From Felis catus (taxonomy: Eukaryota), in contig NC_058368.1 of the NCBI RefSeq assembly GCF_018350175.1, positions 89,530,001 through 89,594,000 on the forward strand: a DNA stretch of 64,000 nucleotides, read 5' to 3'. A program made the position numbers and the translations under genes. Numbering within the stretch: the first letter of the stretch is position 1; the number at the start of each line of letters is the position of its first letter. This document shows positions 25,912-39,997 of this stretch, one piece after another. Under the pieces are notes generated by a model. It was not told the DNA's origin and did no database searches. It was given only the letters and a program-made list of their open reading frames with translations.

Positions 25912-27483
25912 GTAAATACTGCTTTGGGTAGAATAGGTATTTTAACAGTATTTGTTCTTCATGAGCATGGAATATCTTTCCATTTTTTGGTGTCATCTTC
26001 AATTTCTCTCATCAGTGTTTTATAGTTTCCAGAATACAGATCTTTCACTTCTTTGGTTAAGTTTATTCCTAGGTATCCTATTGTTTTTGGTACAATTGTA
26101 AATGAGATCGATTCCTTAACTTATTTTGTATTCTTCATTATTGGTTTATAGAAATATAACAGATTTCTGTATACTGACTTTGTATCCTATGACTTTACTA
26201 AATTTTTGTATTAATTTTTTGGTGGAATCTTTCAGGTTTTCTATGTGCAGTATCATGTCAGCTGAAAATAGTGAAAATTTTACTTCTTCCTTGCCATTTT
26301 TGAATGTCCGTTATTTCCTTGTGATCTCTGACTGCTGTGGCTAGTACTCCCAGTACTATGTTCAATAAAAATGGTGAGAGTGATATTCATGTCTTGTCCA
26401 TGACCATAAAGGAAAAGCTCTCAGTTTTTCTCCATTGAGGATGATGTTAGCATGGGTTTTTTACAGATAGCTTTTATTATATTGAGGTATGTTCCCTTTA
26501 ACCCTACTTTGTTGAGGACTTTTATCATGAATGGATGTTTTCCTAGTCAAATGCTTCTTCTGCATCTATTAAAATGTCTATACTACCCAAAGCAATCTAC
26601 ACATTTAATACAATCCCTATCAAAATACCAACCTTTTTCACAGAACTAGAACAAACAATCTTAAAATTTGTATGAAACCACAAAACATCCTACATAGCAA
26701 AAGCAATATTGAAAATGAAAGGAAAAGCTGGAAGCATCACAATTCCAGACTTCAAGTTACATTACAAAGCAGTAGTGATCAAAACAGTATCATACCGGCA
26801 CAAAAATAGACACACAGATCAATGGAAGAGAATAGAAAACCCAGAAATGAACCCATACTATACAGCCAATTAATCTTTTACAAAGGAGGAAAGAACATCC
26901 AATGGAAAAGGGAATGTCTCTTCAAAAAAAATGGTGTCGGGAAAACAGGACAGCAACATGCAAAAAATGAAACTGGACTACTTTCTGACATCATACACAA
27001 AAATAAACTCAAAATGGATTAAAGACCTAAATGTGAGAGCTGAAACCATAAAAATCCTACAAGAGAACATCAGCAGTAACTTCTTTGACATCGGTCATAG
27101 CAACGTCTTTCCAGATATGTCTCCTGAGGCAAGGGAAACAAAGGCAAAAATAAACTATTGGGACTTCATCAAAATAAAAAGCTTCTGCACAGTAAAAGAA
27201 ACAATCAACAAAACTAAAAGGCAACCTATGGAATGTGAGAAGATATTTACAAATGACATATCTAATAAAGGGTTATTATCCAAAATATATAAAGAACTTA
27301 TAAAACTCAAATAATCCCCCATATGAATAATCCAATTTAAAAATGGGCAGAAGATGAAGCACCTGTGTGGCTCAGTCACTTAAGTGTCTGACTTTGGCTC
27401 AGGTCATATGTCATAGTTCGCAAGTTCGAGCCCCGCTTAATTGGATTCTGTGTCTCCCTCTCTACCTCTGCCCCTCCACTGCT

Positions 27484-27535
<52 letters not shown>

Positions 27536-28332
27536 AATACATCAACATTTTAAAAAGTAAAATAAATAAATAAATATAAATAGGCAGAAGATATGAAGAG
27601 ATATTTTTCCAAATCAACAGCACAAGAAATAACAAGTGTTGGCAAGGATATGGAGAAAGAGGAACATTCTTACACGGTTGGCAAGTATGCAAACATATGC
27701 AGCCACTCTGGAAAACAGTATGGAGGTCCCTTAAAACTTTAAAAATAGAACTAACTTATGATCCAGCAATTGTACTACTAGGTATTTACCCAAAGCATAC
27801 AAAAATACTGATTCAAAGTGATACATTCACCCCAGTGTTTATAGCAGCATTATCTACAATAGCCAAACCATGGAAACAGCACAAGTGTCCACTGACTGAT
27901 GGATGGATAAAGATGTGGCATAGATAGATAGATAGATATAGATATAGATCTTATTCAGCTATAAAAAAGAATGAAATCTTGACATTTGCAATGATGTGGA
28001 TGGAGCTAGAGCAAATTATGCTAAAGGAAATAAGTCAGAGAAAGACAAACACCATATTATTTCACTCATATGTGGAATGTAAGAAACAAAGCAAATGCAC
28101 AAAAAGGAAACAAAGAAAGAGAAAAAGGCAAACCAAGAAACAGACTCTTAATTACAGAGAGAACAAACTGATGGTTACCAGAGAGGGGCATGGGTTAGTT
28201 GACAGGGATTAAGGAGGTCACTTGTGATAAGCACGGTTTAATATATGAAAGTGTTGAGTCACTAAATTGTACACCTGAAACTAATATTACACTGCATGTC
28301 AACTAACAAGAATTTGAATAACAATTAAAAAA
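25912..28332 (+). mobile_element. LINE-1 3' part with an inverted 5' segment (antisense 25912-26570, sense 26571-28332)
   Basis: Antisense ORF2 RT segment joined to sense ORF2 (aaaatgtctatactacccaaagc...) that runs through the 3'UTR to an A tail. Confidence 0.8.
27358..27578 (+). mobile_element. CanSINE inside L1 ORF2
   Basis: SINE head, (CT)n and tail; TSD ggcagaagat. Confidence 0.88.
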
Positions 28333-29020
28333 ATAAAAGATAAGAACCTTATTATCATTTCAGTAGATTCAGAAAAAACATCGGACAAAGTACAATATCT
28401 ATCCATGATAAAAATCCTCAACAAAGTAGGTTTAGAGAAGGGGCGCCTGAGTGACTCAGTCAGTTAAGTATCTGACTTCAGCTCAGGTCATGATCTCACA
28501 ATTCATGGGTTTGAGCTCCACATTGGGCTCTGTGCTGACAGCTCAGAGCCTGGAGCCTGCTTTGGATTCTGTGTCTCCCTCTCTGCCCCTCCCCTGCTCA
28601 TGCTCTGTCTCTCTCTGTCTCTCAAAAATAAATAAACATAAAAAATTATAAAAAGTTTAGAGGGAACACATCTCAAATTAATATAGGCCATATACAAAAG
28701 ACCCACAGCTAATGTCATCCTCAATGGGGAAAAACTGAGAACTTTTTGTCTATGGTCAGGAATATGACAGGGATGTCCACCATTTAACATAGTACTGGAA
28801 GTCTTAGCTTCAGCAATCAGACAACACCAAGAAATAAAGCATCCAGATCAGCAAGAAAGAAGTCAAACCTTCACTATTTGCAGATGATATAATATTCTAT
28901 ATAGAAAGCCCAAAAGACTCCACCAAAAAAAAAAAAACCTGCTAGAACTAATTGAGTAAAATCATGAATACAAAATCAATGTACAGAAATCTGTTGCATT
29001 TCTATACACCAATAATGAAA
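28333..29020 (+). mobile_element. L1 ORF2 RT fragment containing a CanSINE at 28441-28650
   Basis: atcctcaatggggaaaaactgaga, ctatttgcagatgat (LFADD); SINE flanked by gtttagag. Confidence 0.85.
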
Positions 29021-29144
29021 CATCAAATCTGATTTTAATTTCTCAAGGCTTAGCTATGTCTAATTTTTCATCTTAAAATATATTTCTTACTTTTTAGGTT
29101 GTCCTGGCTGCACTCTAAAGATATAAGAAGGTCATGAAGAGAAT

Positions 29145-29383
29145 GTTTTTTTGTTTTTGTTTTTTTTTTATTTTTTTAATGTTTAGTTTTTAGAGAGAGG
29201 GAGACAGAGAGACAAAGTATGAGCAAGGAAGGTGCAGAGAGAGAGGGAGACACAGACTCTGAAGCAGGCTCCAGGCTCTGAGCTGTCGGCACAGAGCCTG
29301 ATGTGGGGCTCAAACTCACGGACTGTGAGATCATGACCTGAGCCGAAGTCAGACGTTCAACCGACTGAGCTACCCAGGAGTCC
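29145..29383 (-). mobile_element. CanSINE
   Basis: Reverse SINE with T-rich tail; TSD aatgtttt. Confidence 0.9.
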
Positions 29384-30576
29384 CAGGACAATGTTTTAAA
29401 TGGACATGATTTTGAAGATTTTCTCGATCTCTAAAATTGACCTTGGGTTACTTGGGAACTCAATGAGCTTTTTTGTTATACATATAAACTTTCATAAGAC
29501 AGCCATTCAAAGGTCTGCAGACATGACCTCACCCATGTACTTTGCCAAATATCATGACAGATGGAATGTTGGCCTTCAGAATTAGACATATTTTTTTTTA
29601 ATAATTTTGGTTGTAAAGCTGTGATATTCTTTTAGTTTCCTGGGGTCTTTTTGTGTGAACAATTTATTTTCTAAGTACCTTTCAGACCATTACTATCAGT
29701 CCTAGTAACTGTAAGTGGGCATAGCTCAAACTCAAAATCTTAACATGGATTCCCTATCTCAAGCTCAAAATTTTAACATGGATGCCCTATTTCCTTTTCT
29801 TATGGATCATCAACATGCCAATCTATATTAAAATGATTAAAACAACAGTAACCATAGCAGCACCACTAATATTAGTCCTTGGTATCACCGTACTTATTGT
29901 AAAACCAAGCAGTTTGGACCTTACCAGGCATTGGCATTCCTAAATGCCATGTTCCTATGAGATTTCCTATGTATGTTCTTCATGACCTAGATCAGTGTCC
30001 ACATGGTGATGCTCTTTTACAGACAGCACAAGGCAATCCAGCATGCCAATAGGACCAGTCTCCACAATAGGACTGTATGTGCTCCTTAAACCAAGGTTAC
30101 TCACATGATCCTACTCCTGGTGATACATATATGAGAAAAGCCTGAGACTAGAGATTATCACTGGTTTTCTCTCATCTTGCTACCCATCCACCCTTGGATG
30201 CTGATTAAAACTGAAAGTACCATCTCCATACTGGTCTATGCATATTCAAAGATGAGAAATCCCTTTTCAAAGGGACAGTAGTGATGTAATAGATATCCCA
30301 CAGCCTTCTGCTGCAACTAAAGAGACTTTGTAATAATTTAGGAAAAAAAGAAAAAGTTCTTGGAAATGTTTTGAGTTTATTTACAACCACTATTTTACTA
30401 AGATAACATTCTGAGAATCAATTTAGAAGTATTCTATAAATTTTTTCTAGGCATAAAGTAATAGTTGAAAAGAATGCTTACAGTGTAACATATTTATAAA
30501 ATTTAATGTATGAATTATACTTTTGTAAAATTAATGTGGAAACATAAGCTATCACAAAAATAAATATAATATAATA

Positions 30577-30754
30577 AAACTACTCTATGATCCAGAAATT
30601 GCACTACTAGGTGTTTAAACAAAGGATACAAAAATACTGATTAAAAGGGATAAATGCTCCCTGATGTTTATAGCAGCATTATCAACAATACCCAAACTAT
30701 GGAAGCAGCCCAAGTGTCCACTGATAAATGAATAAAGAAGATGTGGTATATATG

Positions 30755-30797
<43 letters not shown>

Positions 30798-31235
30798 GAA
30801 TATTACCCAAACATAAAAAAGAATGAAATCTTGCCATTTGCAACAACGTGAATGGAGATAGAGAGTATAATGCTTTAGCAAAATAAGTCAGTCAAAGAAA
30901 GACAGATGCCATATGACTTCACTCATATGTGGAATTTAAGAAACATAACAATGAACATGGGGGCAGGGGAAAAAGGCAAACCATATACGCAGACTCTTAA
31001 CTAGAGAGAACAAACTGAGGCTTGCTGGAGGGGAGATAGGTGGGGTGATGGATTAAATAGGTGGTGGGTGTTAAGGAGTGCACTTGTGATGAGCAGTGGG
31101 TATTATATGTAAGTGATGAATCACTAAATCCTACACATGAAAATAATATTACACTGTATGTTAAGAAACTAATATTACACTGTATGTTAACTAACTGGAA
31201 TTTAAATAAAAACTTGGGAAAAAAAGAAAATTAAA
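30577..31235 (+). mobile_element. 5'-truncated carnivore L1 3' end with internal (CA)n
   Basis: tatgatccagaaattgcactactagg...ctggaatttaaataaaaac and A tail; (CA)n at about 30757-30794. Confidence 0.88.
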
Positions 31236-31397
31236 AAACAAAAAGAAAAATGTGGGCAGGATAAACACAAAATTCAGGAGTTGTTACTTTTGGGAGTGGG
31301 CTTTAGAGTTGAGGTGGAAAGGGGATATGATCAGGAAGGATAACAAGGGGGGTTTTATCTGGAACTTCATGTTTTACATTCTAAGAAGTTAGATCAT

Positions 31398-31600
31398 AGG
31401 GCACCTGGGTGGCTCAGTCGGTTAAGCACCCAACTTCGACTCAGGTCGTGAGTTCACAGTTCGTGGTTTCGGACCTCATGTCCAGCTCTGTGCTGACAGC
31501 TCAGAGCCGGGAGCCTGCTTCAGATTCTGTGTCTCCCTCTCTCTCTGCCCTTCCCCTGCTCACGCTCTTTCTCTCAAAAATAAGTACACATTAACAAAAA
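31398..31600 (+). mobile_element. CanSINE
   Basis: SINE head; TSD aagttagatcat. Confidence 0.9.
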
Positions 31601-31625
31601 AGTTAGATCATGATGTATAGATATT

Positions 31626-32147
31626 TTATTAGTCAGGGTTCTCTAGAGAAACAGAACCAATAGGATATTTATCTTTGTATGTATATGTGTATATTTATGT
31701 ATAAAAAAGATTTATTAGAAGATATTATACCACATGACTATGGAGGCTGAGAAGTATCATGATCTACTGTCTGCAAGCTAGAGACCCAGGAAACCAGCGG
31801 CATAGTTTGAAGACAGAGAGTCAATAATGTAGATGCCCAGTCCAAGTCTGAAGGCATTAAGAATCAGGAGCAGTAAGTGCAGAAGACTGATGTCCCATTT
31901 CAGTACTCAAGCAGAGCAAATTCAACCTTCTACCACTTTTTTGTTCTATCCAGCACAAATGTATCCTTCAATGTATGGGATGATATCCACCCACACTGAG
32001 GAGGGCCATCAACTTTATTCAGCCAACCAATTCAAATGTAAATCTCTTCCAGGGATACCCTCTCAGACACACCCGGAAATAATACTTAACCAGATATCTG
32101 GGCATCCCTTAGCCCACTCAAGTTGACACAGAAAATTAACCATCACA
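31626..32147 (+). mobile_element. MLT2-type ERVL solo LTR
   Basis: Starts tattagtcagggttctctagagaaacagaaccaatagga and ends aagttgacacagaaaattaaccatcaca, typical MLT2 termini. Confidence 0.85.
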
Positions 32148-33244
32148 GGTATTTACTCCTTATAACTTTTGTCAATCTGAAATATTTTATGATTAATAAA
32201 CACTAAAATAAAACATTTCCTTCAATTTATCTACATTATCAGAATATTGTTCACTTTATTATCCCATTTATTTTTTAAATTTATTTTTATTGAAATATAA
32301 TTGACATGTAACATGACACTTTTTGTGTTTTATCCATCTTATTCTCCTAACAACCCTTTACCATAAGGGTTATTACTATTCTTATATTATAAATAAAAAT
32401 GCTAACATTCAGAGAGGTAAATAGGTTGAAAAGACAGCTCATGAAGACCCAGGTCCTCCTTGCAATATCACATAGTGTCTGAAGAACTTTGGATCTGCCA
32501 TCCCCTGGTTCTATCTTAGGTGGGGAGACTGAGTCCCACAGAGGGAGAAGCCCTACCTGGAACCCAGGTGCTTAGCTCCCAGTTCATTGATACCAGCTTG
32601 AGCATGATGGAGTATCCCACCTACACTTCAATGATGGGAAAGTGTGGCATTGGCCAAAGATGGAGTCAACTAGGGAGCTGAAGGCACTGATGAGGGCCCA
32701 TGGGGTAGAGGACATACAGATCCTACTTGAGCTCTTTAAATCCAGGATTCATCACTTCAAACCTGGCCTCTGCATCTATCTGGTTGAAGACAGAGTCAAA
32801 GTGGGGCAAGGCTAGTCTCCCAGTGCTGACTCACGATTAGCTCATATCTCCAGGCCTTGTCACCACATTTAGCCACCAGTACAAGGTCTGCTGATCCCCC
32901 AGACACAGCATTATGTCTGATCAGTCTGCTTTGGGCACAGCCTGCATCTTCCCATTATTTTACAGCATCTTTTCTTATAACCACCTTTAACTCCAGCATA
33001 GTGTCTGCTAATCTCCCAATTGCTTACCACTCTGTGAGACCTTGGCTCCTGAACACTGTGCCCAGTGTCCTGACCTCCTTGGCCTGTGACCAAGGTCCCA
33101 CCTTGTGGACAATGCTCTCAGCATTGGCTCAGCAACTCACTTTATCCCAACTCAGACCTGTAGGCTTGGTGTCAACTGAATACCTCTTTCAGAGAAAAAA
33201 TTTTAAATCTGCCATCCCTGAAATGATATTTCTATAACATCTTT

Positions 33245-33281
33245 TTTTAATGTTTATTTATTTTGAGAGAGGGGGTGGAGT

Positions 33282-33317
<36 letters not shown>

Positions 33318-33442
33318 CCCAAGCAGGCTCCATGTTATCAGCGCAGAGCCAGACATGGGGCTCTATCTCACAAACCATGAGATCATGACGTGAACTGAAA
33401 CCAAGAGCCAGACACTTACCTGACTGAGCCACCCAGTGCCCA
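33245..33442 (-). mobile_element. CanSINE
   Basis: TSD atatttct(a/g)taacatctt. Confidence 0.9.
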
Positions 33443-33859
33443 GATATTTCTGTAACATCTTGATTATAGGCCTATTTCTGGCCTTTGCCCAACCATGTTG
33501 GAGAAAGGCAGAATGTAAGAAAATATGCCTATCAAGGCTTTCCTCCCCCAGCCAGATCAACAATAAGAACTCTCAGCATTAATCCTCAGCACTGTCTTCT
33601 GGACAGACCTCCAATTACCACTCACTGGTTTCTGTCGGGTTTTTTCTTGGAAAAACAGGAGGCCACGTCTGCACTCCCCTGCAGCCAGCCTGGCCATGTG
33701 ACTAATTTTGGCCAATGAGCTCTAAGCAGAATGTTGAGCATCTCTTCTGGGCCATCACTTGGGTAAACGCAAGGATGATGAGTGACCTCAGCATCATGGC
33801 AATGTGAGTTGCTTCCTATGTCTCTCTTCTTCAATTTACAACTACTAAGTCATCCATAA

Positions 33860-35420
33860 CCCAATGAAGGTTCTTCAGTATAACACACCAGGATCTTGGA
33901 GATATCCATACACCTGTACATCAGAAAGTGGGTGTACTGGATCTCATAAAGACAACATAACTGGGGAAGTAGCCACAGAAGCCACCATGACTCCAGTAGG
34001 TTCCAGCAATAGTGGCACCCATGACCCTTGCCCTTTCCTGAACCAGCAACCTCTGCAGCAACAGCACCTGCCACTCTGAGGGCACAAGCAGTGACTGCAA
34101 GAGCACCAGTGACACCTCTGCACAAGAGAGAGGAGGGTGGGAAGTGCAGGCTCCCAAATATATAGCTAGAAGGCAAATCAGAAAGGAAAAACCAAAAACT
34201 TGTGCTATAGTGCCATCTGCTAGAAAACAAAAGAAAGGCTTCCAATTGCCAGCCTGTTGAACTGTTAGAATCAAAGTAAACAAAGCTTTACCTAAGAAAA
34301 AAGTTGTTCACTGTTTCAAATGCACTGGTGGAGGCACCTCTATCTCATCAAACACCATGAAAAATCATAGTAATACTGTACCACAAAAAAAGGAAAGAAA
34401 ATTATCCGGCAATCAAACTCAAAGTCACAGAATATTGGGATCTGATATAGTATTAAAAATAGCTCTGGGGGTGCCTGAATGACTCAGTTGATTAAACATC
34501 CAATTCTTAGTTTTGGTTCAGGTCATGATCTTGTGGTTTGTGGGACTGAATTCCTCCTGGGACTCCTCACTGACAGCAGGGAACCTGCTTGGGATTCTCT
34601 CTCTGTCCCTTACTCCCTCTCTCTCTCTCTCTCTGTCCCTTCCCTGCTTGTGCACATTCTCTCACGTCTCTCTCTCTTTCTCTCAAAATAAATAAATAAA
34701 TTCTTAAAAACAGCTCCTATGAAGAAATTGAATGAGCTACAAGAAAACTCAGAAATGCAGGTCAATGAACTCATAAATAAATAAAGAACAGGAGTACTTT
34801 ACCAAAGAGACTGAAATTTTAAAGAAGAACCAAACATTAAAGAGTACATTATCATGATGAGCACTGAGTAATGTACAGAACTGTTGAATCACTATATAGT
34901 ACACCTGAAACTAATATAACACTGTATAACCTGAAACTAATACACTGGAATTAAAATTAAAAACATAATTTAAAAAAAGAACCAAACAAATTCTGGAGCT
35001 GAATAATTCAATACATGAGGTGAAGAATACATTCAAAAGCACAGAATAGAGCAGATCAGATGGAAGACAGAAAAAGTAATCTGGAAGATAAGAATCTAGA
35101 AATGATTCAGGAAGAAGAAGAGAGAGAAGTAAGATTTCAAAGAAGTGGAGAAACCCTATGACAGCTATCACACTCCATTGTAAGAGCTACCATAAAGGGG
35201 CACCTGGGTGGCTCAGTCGATTGAGTGTCCAACTTTGGCTCAGGTCATGATCTCACAGTTCGTGGGTTTGAGCCCCACATCAGGCTCTGTGCTAACAGCT
35301 CAGAGCCTGGAGCCTGCTTTAGATTCTATCTCCCTCTCTCAAAAGTAAATAAACATTTTTTTTAATTTTTTAAAAGAGGAGCTACCATGAAAATAATGGG
35401 TATACCTACCAGAAGAAGAG
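33860..35420 (+). mobile_element. Older L1 5'UTR/ORF1 fragment with two CanSINEs (34467-34700, 35197-35375) and a short L1 3'-end insert (34837-34975)
   Basis: ORF1-like atgaagaaattgaatgagctacaagaaaactcagaa; each insert has a TSD (aaaa(t/c)agctc; aagaaccaaaca; gagctaccat). The 5' boundary is uncertain. Confidence 0.7.
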
Positions 35421-35523
35421 AAGTAGACGGGGGCCTTTTGTTTTGGGAAACAATCCTAAAATATGTGTGGAACATATTGCAAAAGACTACAATTAGCCAC
35501 AACAATCCTAGGAAAATAATAGT

Positions 35524-38500
35524 GAGGGGAGCTAAGATGGCAATGGATTCGGAGGATCCGAGGCTCCTCTCCTCCTTTGAACACTAGTAGATAACTATCA
35601 AATAATTCTAAATAAATACCCCAGAAATCAACAGAAGACTAACAGAACAAACACCACAGCAATAGGGAGAGAAGAAGCCACATCAAAGAAGTTAGGAAGT
35701 GTGGAACCATGGTTTGCAAGAGAAACTGAATGGAGCCTGCGTGCTGCAGAGGGGATGGAGCCATGGTCTCAGAAAAAGGAGAGAGTATAGAGGAGAAGGA
35801 GACATGGTGGCAGAGAAAGGAGAGAAAAGAACACAGAGGAATGCACAAGAACATTTCCCCAGAGCCATTAGCTGGGGAAATGAGAGGGGATAATTTTCAT
35901 GAGTTCTTGCAACCTAGGGACTTAACACTGGAGCTTTAAAGGTCAGTAGGCTTTGCTGGGGTAGAGTCCAAAGGGTACTAGTCTGCTCCTGGAGAGAAGG
36001 CAGACAACCAGGGTCAGCCTGGAAACAGCATTCTGAAGAATGCCTGGGTCAGAGGGGAGATTATTCACTCCTCTAGGAGTGCCTCCCTGAGAGGCAGCTT
36101 TCACAGAGAGGCCTCTCTGGGGACAAAAAGCCAGCAGGCACCATTTCCCTCCCCAACCACTCAGCATGAACACAGAGCCACCTGCTGGAAACAACATAGC
36201 ACAACATTGGCTGCCTAACTTGCTTACACCAAGCCCAGCCCCCCTTTCTGGCAAGACTGCCCTTCTCAGACAAGTTTGCCTCTGTCCCAGCACAGTGGGC
36301 CTCTCCCCCAGAATACCAGCACAAGCTCTTGTCCACACCATGTCCCTAAAGCCTGTTGTTTTAAGAGCAGCAGACTTGGCTGGATTAGAGCCTGGAGGCC
36401 ACTGTGCTACTCCAGAAGAGAGGACAGGCAAACAGCCCAGATACATACAGTGTGGAAACAGCAATCTGAAAAATGCCTGGGAAACATAGAAGGGAGATTA
36501 TTGGCTCTTCTCAGAGTGCTTCCCTGAGACATAGCATTCAGACCCCATTGTCCTCCCCCGCCCCCAGCACAAACACAGAGCTACCTACTGTAACCAGTGT
36601 AGTGTCAACACTGGCTGCCTAATCTGTTTACACCAAGTCCTACACCCCCTGCACTCTGGTGGGACTGCCCCTCTCAGTCAAGCTTGCTACAGTCCCATTG
36701 CCATAGGCCTCTTTCCCAGAAGACAAGCTGAAACCTTGCCATGTCAAGTTTCCTAATCACAGAGTTCTACGGGGCTTCAATTCTAACAGAAATAGTATCA
36801 CGATTCATTTAACAAGCCAACCAAAGCAACGTGGCTAAAACACACCAAATTCTGGCCAAGGACCAACCACTACACACTGCGGGCAAGGAGAGCCTCTGCA
36901 GAGAACTGGCCTGAAGGATAGAGCAGCCAAAAAACAACAGTAGAGCACACTCAGCACACAGCAGAGGCACTTTCTTAAATGCCAACCCCTGGACACTACA
37001 TGACCTCCTCTTAATAAGGCCATCACTTACAGGAGCAGCAGATATAACTGGCTTTTCTAACACATAGAAATAGGCAGAGATTTAGACAAAATGCCAAGAT
37101 AAAGGAATTCATCCCAAATGAAAGAACAAGATAAGGACACAGCCAGAGATCTAATCAAAACAGACATAATTAATATGCCTAATGGAGAATTTAAAGCAAC
37201 AATCATAAAGCAACAATCACTGGGCTTGAGAAGAGTGGAAGACATCAGGGAGACCCTTACCACAGAGATTTAAAAAGTTAAAAAATAATCAGAAATGAAA
37301 AATGCAATAACTGAGACTGGAAACAACCTTGATGCATGAATAAAAAACTGGAAGAAGCAGAGGAATAAATAAGTGATACTGAAGATAAAATAATGGAAAA
37401 TAGGAAAGCTGAACGAAAAGAGAAAAAAGAAATACGAAACATGAGAATAGACATAGGGAACTCAGTGACTCCTTTAAACATAATAACATTCAAATTATAG
37501 GCATCCTAGGAGAAGAAGAGGAAAAAGAAGGAGGAGGAGGAGGAGGAGGAGGAGGAGAAGAAGAAGAAGAAGAAGAAGAAGAAGAAGAAGAAGAAGAAGA
37601 AGAGAGAAAAGATGGCAGAAAATTTATTTGAGGAACTCACAGCTGAAAACATCCTTAATCTGGGGAAAGACACATACATCCACGTCCAGGAGACACAGAA
37701 AACTCCCAACAAAATCAACAAAAGCAGGCCAACACAAAGACTTATTGTAAAGAAATTTGCAAACTATAGTGATAGCGAAAAAATCTTTAAAGCATCAAGA
37801 CAAAAGACATCTTTAATTTATAAGGGAAGACCAATAAAGTTAGTAGAATATCTCTCAGCAGAAACTTAGTAAACAAGAAGGGAGTAGTGTGATATATTCA
37901 ACGTGCTGACTGTGAAAAATCTGCAGCCAAGAATACTCTATCTAGCAAGGCTGGCATTCAGAATAGAAAAAGAGATAAAAAGTTTCACAAACAAAACTAA
38001 AGGAGCTCATGACCACCAAACCAGCCCTGCAAAAAATATTAAAGGGGACTCCTTGAGTGGAAAGGAAAGAACAAACGTGACAAAGATGAGAAAGGATCAT
38101 AGAAAATCTCCAGAAACAACCACAAAACAAGTAACAAAATGAAAATAAGTACATATCTATCAATAAGTACTCTGAATGTAAATGGACTAAATGCTCCAAT
38201 CAAAAGACATGGGGTGTCAGAATGTATAAAAAAGCAAAACTCATCTCTATGCTGCCTATAAGAGATTCATTCTAGACCTAACTACAACTGCAGATTGAAA
38301 GAGAGGGGATGGAGAAACTTTTATCATGCATGTGGACATCAAAGGAAAGCCAGATTAGCAATACTTATATCAGAAAAACTAGACTTTAAAATAAAGAATG
38401 TAACAAGAGATAAATAATCGATAATAAAGGGGACAACCCAATAAGAAGATTTAACAATTACAAATATTTATGTACTCAACATGAAAACCCCCAAATATAT

Positions 38501-39997
38501 AAAATAATCAATAACATAAAGGAACTCATTGATAATAATACAATAATAGCAGGGGACATTAATACCCCACTTACAACAATGGATAGATCATCTAAGCAGA
38601 AAACCAACAGGAAAATAATGGCTTTAAATGACACACTGGCCCAGATGGACTTAACAGATATATTCAGAACGTTCCACACTAAAGCAGCAGAAGACACATT
38701 ATGTTCAAGTGCACATGGGACATCCTCCAAAATAGATCACATACTAGGTCATAAATCAGGCCTCAACAAGTACAGAGTGAGATCATACCATGCATATTTT
38801 CTGACTACAATGCTGTGAAACTTGAAATCAACCACAGGAAAAAAATGGGAAAGACCACAAATACATGGAGGTTAAACAACATGCTATTAAACCATGAATG
38901 GGTCCACCAGGAAATCAAATAAGAAATTTAAAAAAGTACATGGAAACAAATGAAAATGAAAACACAATGGTCCAAAGCAGTTGGGATGCAGTAAAAATGG
39001 TTAAGAAGGAAGTACTAGCATTACAGGCATACCTAAGGAAGCAAGAAAAATCTCAAATAAACAACCTAACCTTACACCTAAAGGAGACAGGAAAAGAACA
39101 TAAACAAAGCCTAAATCCAACAGAAGGGAAATAATAAAGACAATAGCAGAAATAAATAATATGGAAACAAAAACAAAAAACAATAGACCAATGGGGCCAG
39201 AAGCTGGTTCTTTGAAAAAATCAATAAAATTGATAGCCCCCTAGTCAGACTTACCAAAAAGAGAACAAACGCAAATAAATAAAATCAAAAATGAGAGAGG
39301 AGAAGTAACAATCAACACCACAGAAATACAAACAACTATAAGAGAATATCATGAAAACTATATACAACAAATTGGACACCCTGAAAGAAATGATAAATTC
39401 CTAGAAACATATAAACTACCAAAACTGAACCAGAAAGACAGAAAACTTGAGTGTAACAATAATCAGCACAGAAATTGAATCAGTAATCAAAAATCTCCCA
39501 ACAAACAAAAGTCCAGGGCCAGACAGTTTCACAGGTGAATTTTACCAAACTACTTCTTAAACTACTCCAAAAATAGAAAAGGAAGGAAAACTTCCAAATT
39601 CATGCTATGAGGCCAGCATTACCCTGATACCAAAACCAGATAAAAACTTTACTAAAAAGGAGAACTACTAGCCAATAGACTGATGAACATGGATGCAAAG
39701 TTTCTCAATAAAATACTAGCTAGATGGATGAATGAATGAATGAATGAATGAATGAATTAATAAACAAAATGCTAGCAAAACCAATCCAACAGTACACTAA
39801 GAGAATCATCCACCATAATCAAGTGGGATTTATTCCTGGGCTGCTAGGGTGGTTCAAAATTCACAAATAAATCAATGTGATACATCACATTAATAAAAGA
39901 AAGCATAAGAATTCTATGATCCCTTCAATAGGTGCAAAAAAAGATTTTGACAAAGTACAACATTCATTCATGATAAAAACTTCCAACAAAATAGGAA
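35524..39997 (+). mobile_element. LINE-1 with 5' end, ORF1 (from about 37091) and ORF2, truncated in RT
   Basis: gaggggagctaagatggc start; ORF1 AENLFEELTAENILNLGK; endonuclease and RT fragments; ends after aaccaagtgggatttattcctggg-like and tttgacaaagtacaacattc segments. Confidence 0.9.
37528..37602. repeat. Compound (GGA)n(GAA)n microsatellite in L1 ORF1
   Basis: Direct inspection. Confidence 0.95.
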
